Source: Gemmatimonadota bacterium
GTDB taxonomy: Bacteria > Latescibacterota > UBA2968 > UBA8231
Length of the DNA: 17,702 bases
Direction: 5' to 3'
Assembly: GCA_038128265.1 (NCBI GenBank)
Contig: JAYPJE010000074.1
Span: 1-17,702, forward strand
Numbering within the stretch: the stretch's first letter is position 1; every line of letters starts with the position of its first letter. The translations under genes were made by a program, and so were the position numbers. Shown here one piece after another: positions 15,041 to 17,702 of the stretch. The notes beneath the pieces are model-generated. The model made no database searches. It was not told where the DNA came from and saw only the letters and a list, made by a program, of their open reading frames with translations.

Positions 15041-16579
15041 TCAGGTCTCGCCGTAATAGGCGCATATGCGTTCGACGAGTGCCGGCACGCTGCTGTGCTC
15101 GGGCTGGACGTGCACCTGCAGTCCGTGCGCGTGGACCGCAGCGGCTGTGGTCGGGCCGATGCAGGCTATGGCCGCGTGCTCTAGCAGCAGCTGGGCGCCG
15201 TCGGTTCCGAGCGCTTCGTAGAGATGGTCGACGCTGGACGGGCTGGCAAAGACGACCATATCAATTGCTCTATCTCCGAGGGCCGAACGCGTGTCAATGT
15301 TGGCCGGCGGGCGATTTTGGTAGGCCGTCACGCGCTCGACGTGGGCTCCGCGCGCCTGCAGCGCATCGACCAATTCGGTGCGGCCAATGGCCGAAGTTGG
15401 GAAGAGCACATGCGCGCCCTGCATATCCAGCGCGTTAAAGGCCGTTGCTAGGCCCTGCTGCGACTGCTCATCGGGCACCAGGTCGGCGCGCAGGCCGCAC
15501 CCGCCTAGTGCCTCGGCGGTTTTGCTGCCAACCGCCGCGATGCGCAGGTGCGCCAGTGCGCGCGCATCGAGCTGATGGGCGCGCAGGCGATCAAAGAAAA
15601 AGCGCACGCCGTTGGCGCTGGTGAAGAGCAGCCAGTTCCACCGTGATAGATTGTTCAGCGCGGCATCGAGTGGGTCGAGGTTGTCGGCGGCAGCGATCTC
15701 CAGTAAAGGGAGCATGCGCACCTCGGCACCGGCCCATTCCAAGCCTGCGACCAGCTCGGCGGACTGCTCTTTGCTGCGCGTGACGAGCACGGTGCGACCG
15801 AAGAGCGCCTTGCGCTCGCGCCAGGCCAGCTGCGGGCGCAGCGCGACTACGTCGCCGACTACGATGAGCGAGGGCGAGGTGATGCCGGTCTGTTCGGCCA
15901 GAGCGGGCAGATCGGCCAGCGTGCCTTCGACGGTGCGCTGGCGCGCCCAGGTGCCCCATTCGACGACGGCAGCCGGCGTGGCAGCTGGTCGCCCGTGGGT
16001 CACTAGGACACGGCAAAGTTCGGGCAGGGTGCGTGCCGCCATAAAAATGACGAGCGTGGCATCGAGCCGGGCCAGCGCCGGCCAGTCGACCTGGCCACTG
16101 GGTGCTTCGGGATCTTCGTTGCCGGTGACCAGCACGGCGGCCGAAGCCAGGCCGCGATGGGTGAGGGGAATGCCGGCGTAGGCGGTAGCGCCGGCAGCGG
16201 CGGAGATGCCGGGAACGATTTCGAAGTCGACACCGGCCTGTCGCAGGTGCAGTGCTTCTTCGCCGCCGCGGCCAAATACAAAGGGGTCGCCGCCCTTCAA
16301 ACGCACCACGACTTGGCCGTTCTGTGCGCGTTCGGATAGCTGAGTGTTAATTTCTTCCTGCGAGACGCTGGTGCGGCCACCGCGCTTGCCGACGTAGACG
16401 TGTTCGCAGTGCGGACCGGTCAGGTCGAGCAGGCGGCGATCGAGCAATTCGTCGTAAAAGACGACGTCGGCGCGGCGCAGCACCTCGGCCCCTTTGCAGG
16501 TCAGTAGGCCGGGATCGCCCGGTCCGGCGCCGACGATGTAGACGGTGCCGGCCGTGGCGGGAGATGATGCGTCGCTCAT
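15041..16579 (-). CDS. cobA: Fused uroporphyrinogen-III C-methyltransferase / uroporphyrinogen-III synthase (CobA-HemD)
   Basis: VYIVGAGPGDPGLLT, VVRLKGGDPFVFGRGGEE and GIPLTHRG (SUMT), then LFGRTVLVTR, FTSANGV, FASPSSV and ACIGPTT (HemD). ATGA overlap with hemC. Confidence 0.96.
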   Translation of the reverse strand: MSDASSPATAGTVYIVGAGPGDPGLLTCKGAEVLRRADVVFYDELLDRRLLDLTGPHCEHVYVGKRGGRTSVSQEEINTQLSERAQNGQVVVRLKGGDPFVFGRGGEEALHLRQAGVDFEIVPGISAAAGATAYAGIPLTHRGLASAAVLVTGNEDPEAPSGQVDWPALARLDATLVIFMAARTLPELCRVLVTHGRPAATPAAVVEWGTWARQRTVEGTLADLPALAEQTGITSPSLIVVGDVVALRPQLAWRERKALFGRTVLVTRSKEQSAELVAGLEWAGAEVRMLPLLEIAAADNLDPLDAALNNLSRWNWLLFTSANGVRFFFDRLRAHQLDARALAHLRIAAVGSKTAEALGGCGLRADLVPDEQSQQGLATAFNALDMQGAHVLFPTSAIGRTELVDALQARGAHVERVTAYQNRPPANIDTRSALGDRAIDMVVFASPSSVDHLYEALGTDGAQLLLEHAAIACIGPTTAAAVHAHGLQVHVQPEHSSVPALVERICAYYGET

Positions 16580-17487
16580 GCGCTCTTTTGGATAATGGAA
16601 TCGGCGCCCTGCGCGCGCAGATCCTCTGCTAATTGGGCACCGAGCGCTTCCGCCCCGTCAGGCGATGCGCTGCGTCGTGCGTGAATAAGCGGTGCGCCGC
16701 TGGGATGGCCAACGCGTCCATCTAGGACGAGTTGGTCCTCTTCGATGCGGGCCCAGGCAGCGACGGGAGCGTGGCAGCCGCCGCGCAGGGTGCGCAGCAG
16801 GCTGCGCTCGGCCGATATCGATTGGTGTGTGCTGGCGTCGTCCAGCGCCGCTACGTAGGCGCGCAGCGGGTGGTCTGTGCGCATCTGCAGGCCGAGAGCG
16901 GCTTGGCCGGCGGCGGGCAGCATGTCGGATGCGGATAGGTAGGCGCTGATATGGTGCTGCCAGCCGAGCCGGTGCAGCCCGGCGGCAGCGAGCAGAATCG
17001 CCGCGCATTCACCCCGGGCGACCTTGTCGATGCGCGTGTCGAGATTGCCGCGGATATCCACGAGCTCGAGATCGCCGCGCAGCGCGCGCAGCTGGGTCTG
17101 CCGGCGCGGGCTGCCGGTGCCGACGACGGCGCCCTCGGGCAACTCGCTCAGCGCGCTGTATGCGGTGCCAGCCACCAGCGCGTCGCGCACGTCCTCGCGC
17201 GGCGGCGTGGCGACGATTTCGAGGTCTGCGTGAAACTGCGTCGGCAGGTCTTTGAGACTGTGCACGGCCAGGTCGACGCGCCCGTCGAGCAGGGCATTCT
17301 CCAGCTCTTTGGTGAACACACCCTGACCGCCAAAACTGCGCAGCGAGCTGCCGCTGCTATCGCCCGTAGTGCGAATAATCTCAACTTCGACCTCGAGGTC
17401 TTCATGTAGGGCACGGAGTTGGTCGCGCACGTGGTGCGTCTGCGTGAGGGCCAATTTGCTGCCGCGGCTGCCAATCGTGAGTTTCAC
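16576..17487 (-). CDS. hemC: Hydroxymethylbilane synthase (porphobilinogen deaminase)
   Basis: IGSRGSKLALTQ, GVFTKELE, AVHSLKDLP, GTGSPRR, IRGNLDTRI and LRGGCHAP (cofactor Cys). GTG at 17487 (VKLTIGSRGS) matches the usual N-terminus; starts at 17532/17535 collide with the candidate -10 box. Confidence 0.96.
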   Translation of the reverse strand: MKLTIGSRGSKLALTQTHHVRDQLRALHEDLEVEVEIIRTTGDSSGSSLRSFGGQGVFTKELENALLDGRVDLAVHSLKDLPTQFHADLEIVATPPREDVRDALVAGTAYSALSELPEGAVVGTGSPRRQTQLRALRGDLELVDIRGNLDTRIDKVARGECAAILLAAAGLHRLGWQHHISAYLSASDMLPAAGQAALGLQMRTDHPLRAYVAALDDASTHQSISAERSLLRTLRGGCHAPVAAWARIEEDQLVLDGRVGHPSGAPLIHARRSASPDGAEALGAQLAEDLRAQGADSIIQKSA

Positions 17488-17533
17488 TAAGATGGCTTCT
17501 TCTGAAGGGTGCTGTTTAAACGGAGAATCCATC

Positions 17534-17561
17534 AATATAGGGAATCGGTAGCTACCTGCAA
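17534..17561 (-). promoter_or_regulatory. Candidate sigma70-type promoter for hemC-cobA/hemD
   Basis: TTGCAG (17561-17556), 16-nt spacer, TATATT (17539-17534); perfect 10-bp palindrome GGTAGCTACC at 17547-17556. Confidence 0.45.
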
Positions 17562-17702
17562 TACAGAGAGCTCACCCGGGTTAAGACGCGATTGGCAACG
17601 GTGTAAATAGGGGACTGGCAGGAATTGAATAAACGCTGACTAGCTGTCTGCGCACGGCACTGCAACATTGAAAAAACGCCGTTTGGCAGTGCCCCATTCG
17701 CT

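Noticed and set aside
17536..17702. Possible cobalamin riboswitch upstream of tetrapyrrole genes
   Set aside because: The conserved B12-element motifs (GGGAA, GCAACTGT, GCCACTG...GGGAAG, B12 box) are not present in order on the minus strand.
1..17702. CRISPR arrays, tRNA/rRNA, IS elements, integrases, phage or defence genes
   Set aside because: No repeat-spacer periodicity, cloverleaf, transposase or recombinase motifs seen; almost all sequence is explained by metabolic genes.

Overview
GC-rich bacterial window with no rRNA, tRNA, CRISPR array or mobile element. The left end has a partial DUF2723/TMEM260-like membrane glycosyltransferase gene, a divergent sulfamidase-like sulfatase and a frameshifted remnant of an ICMT/MddA-like methyltransferase. 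The rest is a long minus-strand run. In transcription order: hemC, a cobA-hemD fusion, a strong sigma70-type promoter, Fe-dependent alcohol dehydrogenase, a LarA-family nickel-pincer racemase/epimerase homologue, a DSD1/D-threonine-aldolase-type PLP enzyme, a Zn-dependent dehydrogenase, a hairpin and second promoter overlapped by a G-quadruplex-like motif, a 767-aa secreted discoidin/FlgD-Ig protein, an HpcH/HpaI aldolase, an alpha/beta hydrolase with a probable 5' frameshift, a 760-aa transglutaminase-like/Fn3 protein, a second sulfatase, and a 74-aa orphan behind a sigma54-like promoter. The gene style suggests an FCB-group organism such as Ca. Latescibacterota (inference only). Best candidates for new biology are a possible uncharacterised (amino/sulfated) sugar-acid catabolic pathway around the LarA homologue, the signal-less transglutaminase-like multidomain protein, and the sigma54-driven small gene. 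All family calls come from motif recognition by eye; no database search was run.
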